A DNA stretch of 63,796 bases, counting the filler, from Octopus bimaculoides (lineage: Eukaryota): the NCBI RefSeq assembly GCF_001194135.2. It is 7 parts of 6 records of this genome, joined end to end, with 100 filler letters (N's around TTAATTAATTAA, not from the genome) between each part and the next. Parts side by side here need not be neighbours in the genome. Positions count along the whole stretch, not along the records: positions 24,577 to 51,704 come from NC_069009.1; 6 more parts are not named here. One strand, written 5' to 3'. Numbering within the stretch: position 1 is the first letter of the stretch; each line of letters opens with the position of its first letter. The translations under genes were made by a program, and so were the position numbers. Shown piece after piece: positions 37,996-50,659 of the stretch. The notes beneath the pieces were generated by a model. The model did no database searches and was not told the DNA's origin. It saw only the letters and a list, made by a program, of their open reading frames with translations.

Positions 37996-39886
37996 CTGAA
38001 GAAAAAGAAAACAAAAATAAAACAAAATCAAGATATATANNNNNNNNNNNNNNNNNNNNNNNNNNNNNNNNNNNNNNNNNNNNNNNNNNNNNNNNNNNNN
38101 NNNNNNNNNNNNNNNNNNNNNNNNNNNNNNNNNNNNNNNNNNNNNNNNNNNNNNNNNNNNNNNNNNNNNNNNNNNNNNNNNNNNNNNNNNNNNNNNNNNN
38201 NNNNNNNNNNNNNNNNNNNNNNNNNNNNNNNNNNNNNNNNNNNNNNNNNNNNNNNNNNNNNNNNNNNNNNNNNNNNNNNNNNNNNNNNNNNNNNNNNNNN
38301 NNNNNNNNNNNNNNNNNNNNNNNNNNNNNNNNNNNNNNNNNNNNNNNNNNNNNNNNNNNNNNNNNNNNNNNNNNNNNNNNNNNNNNNNNNNNNNNNNNNN
38401 NNNNNNNNNNNNNNNNNNNNNNNNNNNNNNNNNNNNNNNNNNNNNNNNNNNNNNNNNNNNNNNNNNNNNNNNNNNNNNNNNNNNNNNNNNNNNNNNNNNN
38501 NNNNNNNNNNNNNNNNNNNNNNNNNNNNNNNNNNNNNNNNNNNNNNNNNNNNNNNNNNNNNNNNNNNNNNNNNNNNNNNNNNNNNNNNNNNNNNNNNNNN
38601 NNNNNNNNNNNNNNNNNNNNNNNNNNNNNNNNNNNNNNNNNNNNNNNNNNNNNNNNNNNNNNNNNNNNNNNNNNNNNNNNNNNNNNNNNNNNNNNNNNNN
38701 NNNNNNNNNNNNNNNNNNNNNNNNNNNNNNNNNNNNNNNNNNNNNNNNNNNNNNNNNNNNNNNNNNNNNNNNNNNNNNNNNNNNNNNNNNNNNNNNNNNN
38801 NNNNNNNNNNNNNNNNNNNNNNNNNNNNNNNNNNNNNNNNNNNNNNNNNNNNNNNNNNNNNNNNNNNNNNNNNNNNNNNNNNNNNNNNNNNNNNNNNNNN
38901 NNNNNNNNNNNNNNNNNNNNNNNNNNNNNNNNNNNNNNNNNNNNNNNNNNNNNNNNNNNNNNNNNNNNNNNNNNNNNNNNNNNNNNNNNNNNNNNNNNNN
39001 NNNNNNNNNNNNNNTTCTCCTTTTTGTGTCTATTTTTTTGTATGTATACTTGTAAGAAAAAATCTTTTCCTGTTTAAGCAACCAGTAAAACATACATTAT
39101 TCAGTTTGGAAACAGTTACTTGAAAGCTTGAAACTAATATCAGAATAACTCACTGTAAACATTATTATTAAGATTAAATAAAAAATTATTCCTTCAAAAA
39201 AAGCCATCTCTACTCATTCTTTCAAATATATATAATACTGTGCCAAGAACTTTTTCTTTATTATTCCACACACACACACACACACACACTAGCAGAAATA
39301 CCTGGCATTGCCCAGGTCAAAGAAAATAATGAAATTTAAAAACACTTAGATTGCCAGATATCACATTGAAAGGTGAGACCCGCGGGCCTGAAGATGTGTC
39401 AAATGCCACCGCGGAAGAGGTTTTATGCTTCTCCAAGTACATCTAGTCAATCAGGTGATGACAGAGGTGGGTTAAACCCAAGTACTGGACACCTTCCTCC
39501 CGACGGTCCAAGTGTGAAAAAGAGGGGTATTCACCTATGGATGGCACCTGTGCCCTGACACTTGTGCCGATGGCATGTGTAAGGACATTTGAGCGAGATC
39601 GTTGCCAGTGCTGCTGGACTGGCTCCCGTGCAGGTGGCATGTAAAAGACACCATTTTGAGCGTGACCGTTGCCAGTACCGCCTGACTGGCCTTCGTGCCG
39701 GTGGCACATAAAAACACCCACTACACTCTCGGAGTGGTTGGCGTTAGGAAGGGCATCCAGCTGTAGAAACTCTGCCAAATCAGATTGGAGTGTAGCCATC
39801 TGGTTCACCAATCCTCAGTCAAATCGTCCAACCCATGCTAGCATGGAAAGCAGACGTTAAACGATGATGATGATGATGATAAAGGA

Positions 39887-41157
39887 GTGGATCATTGCCA
39901 CATGGAATCATTGCCACATGGAATGTCAGAGGACTCATCATGGGGGAAGCTAAACGTGATAACATCTGAGATGAAGAGATGCGGAGTGAATGTCCTTGGG
40001 CTGTCGGAACATTGGTGGAACGGTCAGGGAAGATTCATAGCGCAGAGTGGAGACATGGTCTTCTTCACAGGAAGGGAGACTGGTCGATGTAATGGAGTGG
40101 GATTTGTGACGTCCAGAGAGGTGACCCCATCAGTCATGGGATACAATCCAGTCAATGACAGAATTGTCACCATACGGCTGAGGTGTCACCCTCTAAACAC
40201 TACACTCATCCAGGTTTACGCACCAACGAGCGAAGCAAGTGAAGAAGAAATGCCGGATTTCTATGATGTTGTTCAGCAGACACTGGACAATGTTCCACGG
40301 ACAGACGTCATTATCTTGATGGGAGATTGGAATGCCAAGGTGAGGAAGAGCATTACCAACAGTTCGAGTGTGGGCCAACACGGGTTGGGGGAGAGGAATG
40401 TAAGAGGACAGGGTCTGGTTGACCTTTGTATCACCAACAACCTAGACATCGGTAACACCATCTTCCAGCATCCCCTGAGAAGGTTGTACACTTGGACCAG
40501 TCCAGGAGACTGGTTTCGAAACCAGATTGACTACATCATGATTCAAGGACGATGGAGGTCGGCACTCAAGAATGTAAGGACACGACCAGGGGCAGACTGC
40601 GGAAGCGATCATCAATTGCTGTGTGCAACGATTAAGATCCGGATGAGGTCACGGCAAAAGCAGACGGAAACAACACGGTACGACGTCACAAAGATCCCGG
40701 AGGCTTTCAGTGTCGAGATGCAGAATAGATTTCTACCACTTCTCCAATCATACGATAACGGAGAGTGGAGATCAGACTTACTTTGGGAGAAAATGGTCAA
40801 CATCACAAAGGAAGTTGTGGAGAGGAATATTCCCAAAAGACGGACTCTGAAGAGGCCGTGGCCATCAGACGACACACTAGAGGTCGCAAGAAGAAGGAGG
40901 AAAGCATAAGTAAGTGGAAACCATCAGAAATGGAGAGAAGTTGACAAGCAGTACAACGGACAGGCACTAGAAGACAAGAGGAACCATCAGGAAGAGATAT
41001 GTCTGGAGGCGGAAGATGCGTCACAGAAAGGTGACATCAAGTCTGCTTTTCGTTTGGTGAAGGAATTGAGTAGAAAGAGGAAGTGGACTCCATGTAGTGA
41101 CGTCATCAATGATAAAAAATGTAACACCCTGACAGAGGAAGAGGGCATCAAAGCTAG
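39887..41157 (+). mobile_element. RTE/BovB-type LINE ORF2 fragment, AP-endonuclease domain (340-aa open frame)
   Basis: LGLSEHWW, GVGF, IQVYAPT, MGDWNAKV, NQIDYI, GSDH motifs. The frame continues after one stop to ~41157. CpGs are retained. Confidence 0.93.
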
Positions 41158-41983
41158 CTGAATCTAAAATCATGTGATTGGAAAGTAAACTTCTTAGCAC
41201 ACAGACACTCCTGCATCTGCTATATGTATGCACATACACACAAATATATACATTTATATATATACTTACATATGCATATACACCTATATATTTATACACA
41301 CATACACATATACATACACACATATATATATACACACACATATACATATATATACACACAATACATATATATACACACAATACATATATAGACACATACA
41401 TATATATACACACACACACACATACATATACTCACACATATACATATATATACACACACACACACACACATAAAATCAAAATAAGTAATAGAATGGCACC
41501 CCATTGGTAAGATTGGCAGTAATGGAAATATAATACTGTACACTTTGGATAATATATATAAAATGCAAAAATATATATATAAAATAAAAGAAGGAAAATG
41601 CAAACACTTTACATAGTTTTAACATATTTTCTAATATATTTTGTATTGTCTTTGTCGACCAGTTTCGCTTTTGCTAATCATGACATTGAAATTATTGTAA
41701 TTTTGTATTTTCTTAAAATTACAATAATTTCAGTGTCATGATTAGCAAAACTGAAACCAGTCAACAAACACATTATAAAATATATTTAAAAAAATATTAA
41801 AACTTTCCCTTCTTTTATTTTTTTATATATATTTTTTGCATTACAACTCATCACATGGGGTAATCGAAATTCCTCCCTTTGTGTTACTCTATAGATACAT
41901 ACAAACAATTATGGAGGAGGAGGAGGATGCAGAGGAAGTGGTGCTGACAGAGAAAAAAACTATAGGAGTCAAACAGAACTTAC

Positions 41984-42225
41984 TAGAAGGTTGCCATTTT
42001 TGGTACCATCTATGATCCTGAGATGAAATGCAGTGTCTTCGATGGCCACACTCTTGATGCTGATCTGTAGTCTGTAGGCATTGTCTGTGGAGCTGGCTTC
42101 CAGGTAGAGGTCACAATACTGGCGAGGATTTGATGGTGTGACTGTTGATTTTCTAGCATTAACGATGATTGGCGTTTCATACACCTTCACCTTCTGATCG
42201 CAGGTACTGGGCTCATCCATATTGT
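41984..42225 (-). CDS. Coding exon 2, N-terminal part of the CUB-like ectodomain
   Basis: catcag| acceptor, phase 1; |gtaagt donor, phase 0. (Y)NMDEPSTCDQKVKVYETPIIVNARKSTVTPSNPRQYCDLYLEASSTDNAYRLQISIKSVAIEDTAFHLRIIDGTKNGNLL. The Cys pair and alternating beta-strand pattern are CUB-like. Confidence 0.85.
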
Positions 42226-44039
42226 CTGATGATGAACCGAGACAGAAGTCAGAGTTGTATTTGAAGATGAAGTTGTGTGGACAGTTTTTGAAGAATGAAA
42301 GAAAAAAAAAACAATATGTATATATATATAGGCATAGACATGGCCATGTGGTAAGAAGTTTACTCCTGAACTATATGGTTCTGGGTTCAGTCCCACTGTG
42401 TGGCACTTTGGGCAAACGTCTTCTACTAGAACTTCAGGCTAACCAGAGCCTTGTGAGTGGATTTGGTAGATGGAAGCTGAAAGAAGCTTGTCGTATACAT
42501 ATATACATATGTGTGTGTATGTGTGTGTGTGTGTGTGTGTGTTTGTCCCCCACTGCCACTTGACAATTGGTGTTGGCAAGTTTATGTCCCTGTAACTTAG
42601 TGGTTCAACAAAAGAGACAGATACAATAAGTAACAGGCTTTGCAAAAGAATAATAAGTGCTGGGGGTTGACTCATTTGACTAAAAGTCTTTCAAGGCAGT
42701 GCCCCAGCATGGCTACAGTCTAATGACTAAAACAAGTAAAAGGTAAACGATACAGAGCGGCCTGGAAACATGGGAAATTCTTGTGGAATGGGCTCCCTTT
42801 GACTTCAGCATACCTTAGAAAAGGGTTATCCTGAAGGAGGGGTACTTAAGGAAAGTCACAGATATAAATCATCTGAAGGAACCCATCATGAAAGAATGTT
42901 TTGAAATTGATGGAAATGTTCAGTTATAGCACTGGGTCCATGTGATTCTCACAAAGCACATTGAACTGTATCAGGGCAGTCGAACTATTTCACCCCTGCG
43001 TAACAACACACTGGGACTGCATTGCATTCCTCTGCCCTTTGAAAGCTAGCAGCGGAGGAATACACATGAATACTTTCGCCCAACCAAAGGGCACAAAGAC
43101 TTAACAAACTTTCAGTAGCTGCCTAGAAGCTGGAAGGTTAATGTACAGAAACAGTGTTGTGAAGCCTGTTCATTCCATCTTCTATTATAATTATAAATGC
43201 TCATGATGAGAGATGCACATATTGTCAGCCACAAAGGGACATGCTCAAGTGGTTAAGCTCAAACAAATCTGTGGTATTGGGCAGAATATTTGCTAAAGTG
43301 ATATTTCTGCTTCAGCAACTCAGCAGTGAACCTTTCTGAAATGTAATGGAAAATAGGTCAGCTTCACGACATTGATGTCCAGGAGACAAAAGCAAAGTTT
43401 GAAGGGAATAGTTTCCATTTGATTTCTAGATAGAAACAAATACGCAATAATACTCACTGACCAAAGCCCCCCCCCCCAATTTTTTTTTTTATTGTTACAC
43501 CGTGTTATATGTGTACCTGCTTGATTGAAACACTGCCTAAAGCCAATTTTCATAATGAAGCTAGTTGCTTTTAGTTGCTGTTCACGTTGGAGTTTTAGAC
43601 AGCATGTCCACTATGTGCAGTAATTCCATGTACCTATTACCTTATGTCATCAGATGAAATGCTACCTGAATTATATATATAGGTACGATTGGATCAGCTC
43701 AATGCATGACAATTGAATCTCATAGGTTTCAGCTCTAATGTTAATCATGTTCAAATCTCACAGTCATAGCAATAAGAACAAGAAAAAACATGTGCATAAC
43801 TTGTTACTAAAACATGTAACAGGTGGAATAAACATGTATAACAAGTTATACACATGTTATTTTCTCTTATTATATCATCATCATCGCCATTCAACATCCA
43901 TTTTCCATGCTGGCATGGGTTGGACGGCTTGACAATAGCTGGCAAGATGGAGAACTGCCCAGGCTCCTCCATTTGTCTGTTTTGGCATGGTTTCTAGGAT
44001 TGCCTGAGTCCTTTTATGGGGTACTGACATGGTCACTTT

Positions 44040-44255
44040 TATGTGGCACCGAGATGGATGCTTTTACATGGCACCAACATGGGTGCTTTTACATGACACT
44101 GGCACAGGTGTCCTTATATGGAATCAGCAATGGATGCACTTACATGGCTCTAGCATAGGGGCTTTTACATGACACCAGCATGGGTGCTTTCATGTGGCAC
44201 TAGCATGGGTGCTTTTACATCACACTGATATGGCCACTTTTACATGGCACCAACA
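44040..44255. repeat. ~21-25-bp minisatellite (atgggtgcttttacatggcaccagc-like)
   Basis: About eight degenerate units, next to a minus-strand RTE-tail repeat. Confidence 0.75.
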
Positions 44256-44734
44256 CACACACACATATACATATACATTAGGAAAAATTTCAAAAATTCC
44301 AGTTTTTTTTTAGGCAAATCAGCCTGTGATATTTTCTCTCTGTCAAGTTCAACTCTCGCTTGTCACTTTTCTCAATATCACAAATATAGCAAATAACTTA
44401 TTGGTTCTCACTGTGAACCCTCATAAGATGTAGTGCTATGTTCAGAGATTAGTTTAGTTTTTATCTTTTGAATTGTTTCAATCACTGAAATGAGGCCATG
44501 CTGGTTTAGTCGAACAAATCAACCCCAATATTTATCTTTAAAGCCTGCTACTTATTCTACTGTTTTGTTTTGTTGAATTAGTAAGTTGGTGGGAGACATA
44601 CATAAACACAAAGGCACACACATACTGATGTTGGTTGTCCATTCATGACTGATGAAGACCATCACCAGCTTTCGAGAAGATTCTGCACTCAGACAAGATT
44701 ATACTTTACACTTGTGGCTCCACTAGTGACACAC

Positions 44735-45175
44735 TTAGACATACATACATACATGATGGCCGTCCACTCGTGACCAAGGAAGACCATTGCCGACCTTCAG
44801 GAACATTCTGCGCTCTAGTACTAACTTACATTTATGGCTCCATTGGTGGCTAATGAGCCCTGCTCTTGATAAGCATACACAACCACAAACATTGCAGATT
44901 AAGCTTTCCCCATCCACTATACGAGCCGTGCACTTTCTCGCAGCTCGCATAAATTCTTCATGCTGGATACGTGCTCTCTCAAAAGTGTTGATCCCCTCCT
45001 TAACCTGTTTCCTCCATCTGTGGTGATGACAGGCATTGTTCTCCCAGTCAGTGTCCTGCATATCACAGGCCTTTAATGAGGACTTGACACAGTCCTTAAA
45101 GCGCAGCCTTGGTTTCTGCCGGAGTCTCCTTCCATTCACAAGTTCTCCATAGAGCATCTGCTTAGGAATCCTGCT
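44735..45175 (-). mobile_element. RTE-type LINE ORF2 C-terminus
   Basis: LYGELVNGRR..QKPRLRFKDCVKSSLKAC...CNVCGCVCLSRAGLISHQWSH. Confidence 0.85.
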
Positions 45176-45266
45176 ATCCTTGTTCTAAAGTAAAATTCTT
45201 ACCACACAACCATGCCTGTTGTACAGAAAGTTTGAAAAAATCCAAACAAGTAATTAAATTACTCAC

Positions 45267-45342
45267 ATATTGTGACTGGTAAAACTGTTGGCAGGAAGAA
45301 CAAACAGCACAATATTCCAATGAAGCTTGTAATCTGAGTCAT
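45267..45342 (-). CDS. Coding exon 1 (signal peptide) of the CUB-like type-I membrane protein
   Basis: ATG at 45342; MTQITSFIGILCCLFFLPTVLPVTI; |gtgagt donor, phase 1. A taaacag| acceptor 2 nt before the ATG implies an upstream UTR exon. Not in the ORF track. Confidence 0.8.
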
Positions 45343-47517
45343 CGCTGTTTAGAATTATTTGTTGAATTTAGAATAATATGGTCTGTTTCAAAGAAATAAC
45401 TGAAAAGAAAATAAGATTGCAAAAAAAAGTGACATATAAATATTGGGTTAAAAAAGCCCCTTTGGATAGAAAAATTTGAAGACTGCTAATGGGACTTGAA
45501 CTCACATCTCCTGTACTCATGACAGGCATTCTACCAATGTTCCAAAGCAATCCTGAAAAATTCTCTATCCATTTTAGAAACTTTATTCCTATCAGTGAAA
45601 ATTGTATGTTGTTGATATCAAGAATTTTATAAACTTTTGAGAGAACTTGAAATAATTCATTTTTAATGATGTTTAAATATTGGATTGAAAATCTCTTTTG
45701 CATACAAAGAACCCACATCTCCTGTGTACATGACAGGTGTTGTACCGTTGGACTAAAGCAATCTTTAGAAATTCTCTCTCCATTTCAGAAATTTAATTCT
45801 TATCAGTGAGAATTGTATGTTGTTTTTAACCCAATATTTACATGCTGTTATTTAAAAAAGTAATTATTTCATGTCCTCTCTCAGTTTCTAAATTCTCCTG
45901 ACCTCAACACATACAATTTTTTGTGGTAAGAATAAATAAAATGGAAAGAGAATTTCAAACCTGACAGTCTTCAACTTTTTCTCTCCAAAAGGTTTTTCAA
46001 CTCAATTTAAACATGTTATTATAGATTCATCATCTGTTTTAACAACATGCTATTCCCACTGGTCTGAAGGCATGTGGCTCAGTAGTTAGGGTAGTTGGTT
46101 CACAGTTGTAAAGTCATGAGTTCCATTCCCAGCAGTGCATTGTGCCCTTGAGCAAGACACTTTATTTCACATTGTTTCTATCCACTCAGCTGGTAAAAAT
46201 GAGTTGTACCTGTATTTTAAATGCCCAGCCTTGTCATATTATCTCTTCCTAAGAACTATGTTATGGGTACATGTGACTGTGGTATCCTCAGCCATTTGCA
46301 TGTTAATTTCATGAGCAGGCTGTTCTGTTGATTGGCTCAACTGGAACTCGCATCGTTGTATCCAATTGAGTACCAGTATTCTCACTGGAGAGGATAAAAG
46401 TGCTAAGATGGATACAAAAATTTGGAAGATCACTTTGGTTTAATGGTAGAAGATCTATCATGTTTACAGATGAGAGTTTAAGTGCTATGGATAATATTTG
46501 ACTTTTTTTATCCAAAGGATTTTTTAACCCAATATTTAAACACCACTATTTATAGCTTTATCTACTTCAAGTTCTCTCAAAGTTTTTAAATTCTTAACCC
46601 CCCCCCAAAAAAATTTCTTTACTAAATGAAATAAAATCCAAAAATTACAAATAAAAGAAATAGTGGAAATATCTGCATTGAGTTGAGATGATGTTGTTAT
46701 AGTTGTTGCAGTAACATTTGCAGTTCAGCCCCAGGACAGTCTTGATCCAACAGACCAATAGTGGATCCAGGACTAAATTATCTAATGTATAATATAGCAG
46801 TTAGTATTAGTGGCTATAGTTGTTGTTTTGGTTTAATTCCTTCATCAGCAGTCAGTTGTACGTCATAACTATTTCAGCATTTACCAACTCTATCAACTCA
46901 ACCAGAGAATAATGTCCAAGTTCTTTTGAACCACATCACATTGTGTGTGTTTTGTTTTTTTCTGTTTCTATACCTGTTCATTTCATTTGGCCTCATCTGT
47001 TTTCATTATTTTAAAAATATTTTTGTTTGTATTGCATGCCTTTCTGTTTCACGATTTCAGGGGAGATTTTAAAATGTACCTTAATCCCCTTAGATTGCAG
47101 ATAATATTTCTGAATCTCTTTGATTCTTTAAATGTGCTGGCCCCCTGATAATTAATCGATATTAATTAATATATTAATATATGACTAATTACCAGATCTT
47201 ATAATAATATTTACACNNNNNNNNNNNNNNNNNNNNNNNNNNNNNNNNNNNNNNNNNNNNNNNNNNNNNNNNNNNNNNNNNNNNNNNNNNNNNNNNNNNN
47301 NNNNNNNNNNNNNNNNNNNNNNNNNNNNNNNNNNNNNNNNNNNNNNNNNNNNNNNNNNNNNNNNNNNNNNNNNNNNNNNNNNNNNNNNNNNNNNNNNNNN
47401 NNNNNNNNNNNNNNNNNNNNNNNNNNNNNNNNNNNNNNNNNNNNNNNNNNNNNNNNNNNNNNNNNNNNNNNNNNNNNNNNNNNNNNNNNNNNNNNNNNNN
47501 NNNNNNNNNNNNNNNNN

Positions 47518-47560
<43 letters not shown>

Positions 47561-47659
47561 AACAACTGTCAAAGTATAAAATACGTCTTAAGTTTATGTG
47601 CTAACGTGTTTGTGCTTGTGTATAACTTGTTCGTGTGTGAATCTTGGTTTATAAGTAGG

Positions 47660-48020
47660 TAAACAGGTAGGTATGTGGGTAGGTAGACAGATAGGCAGAG
47701 AGACAGATAGATAGACAGAGTGACAGATAGATAGATAGGCAGAGAGACAGACAGACAGATAGATAGATAGATAGATAGATAGGCAGAGAGACAGATAGAT
47801 AGATAGATAGATAGATAGGCAGAGAGACAGATAGATAGATAGAAAGATAGATAGATAAATAGGCAGAGAGACAGATAGTTAGATAGGCAGTGATAGACAA
47901 ACAGATAGATAGATAGATAGGCAGGCAGAGAGAGAGACAGATAGATAGATAAGCAGAGAGACAGACAGACAGACAGATAGATAGGCAGAGAGACAGACAG
48001 ACAGATAGATAGATAGTATA
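47660..48020. repeat. Compound (AGAT/AGAC/AGGC)n microsatellite
   Basis: Directly visible; many other (AT)n, (CA)n, (AAT)n and (GAT)n tracts occur across the window and flank most N gaps. Confidence 0.95.
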
Positions 48021-48653
48021 ACTAAGTTTATGTCTTGGGAGAGTCATTATGCCAATAATGTTATTAGTGTAATATGGCGGTGAAATGCTAAGCGGAATTT
48101 CGTCTGTCTTTATGTTCTGTGTTCAAATTCAGCCGAGATTGACTTCGCCTTTCATCCTTTCGAGGTCGATAAATTAAGTACCAGTTACGTACTAAAGTCG
48201 ATCTAATCGACTGGCCCCCTCCCCCAAAATTTCAGGCCTCGTGCCTGGAATATAAAAGAATATTATTGGTGTAATGACTGCCCCTAGAAACACAAAGTTT
48301 GTTTCAACACACGAGTTCATATCAAAAGTTTTGGAAACCAAATACAAAAACGAACTCAACTCACTTTTCTGAACACAATCTATGGTAAAGATGTTCCTGT
48401 TGGTGGTTGGTAATTACTTCTCCAGTATGTCCCCAACAACCGTTGTGTTTCGTTGTTTTTCTTTTTCACTTCCTCTTCTTCTTCTTCAACCTCTATTACA
48501 ACGATGATGGAGATGATGACGGACGACGGTAAGTTGTGAGTATTAATTAATTAAAAAAAATAAGAAATAACGATAATTAGTGAAGCGTTAATGACTGATC
48601 AAACCAGGAGCTTCTTTCTTCACTCTGGCACTTCGGACATTTGAAACAGTCGG

Positions 48654-48663
48654 CCGCCATTTT
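48654..48663. promoter_or_regulatory. YY1-type motif CCGCCATTTT in a CpG-retaining region; candidate promoter of the CUB-like gene
   Basis: Exact YY1 consensus ~3.3 kb upstream of the ATG exon. Possible minus-strand donor gaa|gtaatt at 48417/48418. Confidence 0.3.
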
Positions 48664-50659
48664 GAACAGGTAAAAAATATCAATAATTAAATAAGTATAA
48701 ATATATAAATATCAAGGTAGATCGTAACAGGTAGACATGCGGACAGTCAGGCAAACAGATTGATTATACACGCGAGAGGAAATGAGAAATAAAAATAACA
48801 ATAGATTTTAAGGTGGTGGTAGTGTTGTGTGACTTTCTAAGGGAAGGCGAACATTTTTTTCCCACATTCACCTGTCGTGCAACAACAGCACCATCACCAC
48901 CACTACTACTACCACCAAGACCACCACCACTACAACTCTTATCCGTCATTGTGTTGTCCCGTGTCGGTCCTGGTTAAATAAACTTTATAATCAAAGAGTG
49001 TTCCAACCGAGGCCATTCCTCCCGCTTTTCAAAGACAACAACGTATGATTTGAAGGATGTTCAGCTGTTATTTCTACACCGTTGAGCCACTACCTAAAGA
49101 CACCCACGCTGGAGCAATATTTTAAAATTGTAAGGCGGCGAGCTGGCAGAAACGTTAGCACACCGGGCGAAATACTTAGCGATATTTCGTCTGTCTTTAC
49201 GATCTGAGTTCAAATTCCTCCGAGGTCGACTTTGCCTTTCATCCTTTCGGAGTCGATAAATTGCGTACCGGGGTCGATCTAATTGACTGGCCCCTCCCAC
49301 AAAAATTTAGGGCCTTGTGCCTAGAGAAGAAAAGAATATTTTGAAATTGTTGAAAACTCGAAATTTCACGAGTCCTTCCTTATTTAAGAAGTCAAGGGTC
49401 ATTTTAAGGAGATTATTTAGGGTGTTATTTCTATTTCAGGAGATTTAAGTGTTATTTCTGCCACGTAGAGNNNNNNNNNNNNNNNNNNNNNNNNNNNNNN
49501 NNNNNNNNNNNNNNNNNNNNNNNNNNNNNNNNNNNNNNNNNNNNNNNNNNNNNNNNNNNNNNNNNNNNNNNNNNNNNNNNNNNNNNNNNNNNNNNNNNNN
49601 NNNNNNNNNNNNNNNNNNNNNNNNNNNNNNNNNNNNNNNNNNNNNNNNNNNNNNNNAGTCATTAGACAGTGGCCATGCTGGGGCACCGCCTTCAATATTT
49701 TTTTCGTCGAATGAATCGACCCCAGAGTTTACACTTTTCTTTTTCTTTCAATCAGTTTCTTTGCCGAACCGCTAAGTTACCGTCCGTAAACACACCGACA
49801 CAGGTTGTCAAGCGATGGTAGGGAACACAAACACACACACGCACACACATACACATACGACGGGCTTCTTCAGTTTCCGTCTACTAAATCCACTCACAAA
49901 GCTTTGGTTGGCCCAAGGCTATAGTAGAAGTTATGACCTCCCAAAGTCTGGGGGGTAAAACCCTGTAGTTATGCCGAAGACTTGTCCTCGGTGCCACGCA
50001 GTGGGACTGAACCCAGAACCATGTGGTTGGGAAGCTAACTTCTTACCACAGCCACACCTGCACGTATTCTGTATTTTTTAATGAAATTTTCAACAAATAC
50101 CTTTCAGATTGCGTAGATTGCGAATATACCGGAATTTGTTGTTCAAATGTTTTATTTTAAATTGTTAGAAAATTAATGTGATGCGTCCTTCCTTTTTATT
50201 AAGACAGTAAGGGTGATTTGACTGTTGTTCTTAGCGGCCTAGGTAAACATATGGAAGTTGACCCTTATTGTCGAGTTTTGTTGTTTACATAGACACCATA
50301 TAAATAACATAGCCGTCCCCACCCACACGTAGAATATTTGGGTTAAGCCAAATTAACGGTGACCTAAATAGACAATGACGTATATCCGTACATACGAAGT
50401 CACACACACACACACACACACGAACTTTGATCTTAACCGATAGGCTGAATGTGTGTGTGTGTGTGTGTGTGTGTAGTTTGGTTGGTTGAAGTGGTGTACA
50501 GATCTTATATATTAATAGGAGGTAGTCTGGATTTTGGATAATTATTTATTTAGCTCTTTCATCTCGTTTGCTGATACATCACTGAAACAAGATAAAAGCA
50601 CTCTAAACAAATAAATATCCAAAATTAATTATCCTTTTTTCTTAGTATGAGATTTCCTC

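Noticed and set aside
44648-44700. CTGATGA hammerhead-core-like words (also ~15648, ~25637)
   Set aside because: No matching GAAA core with the required flanking stems could be folded by eye.
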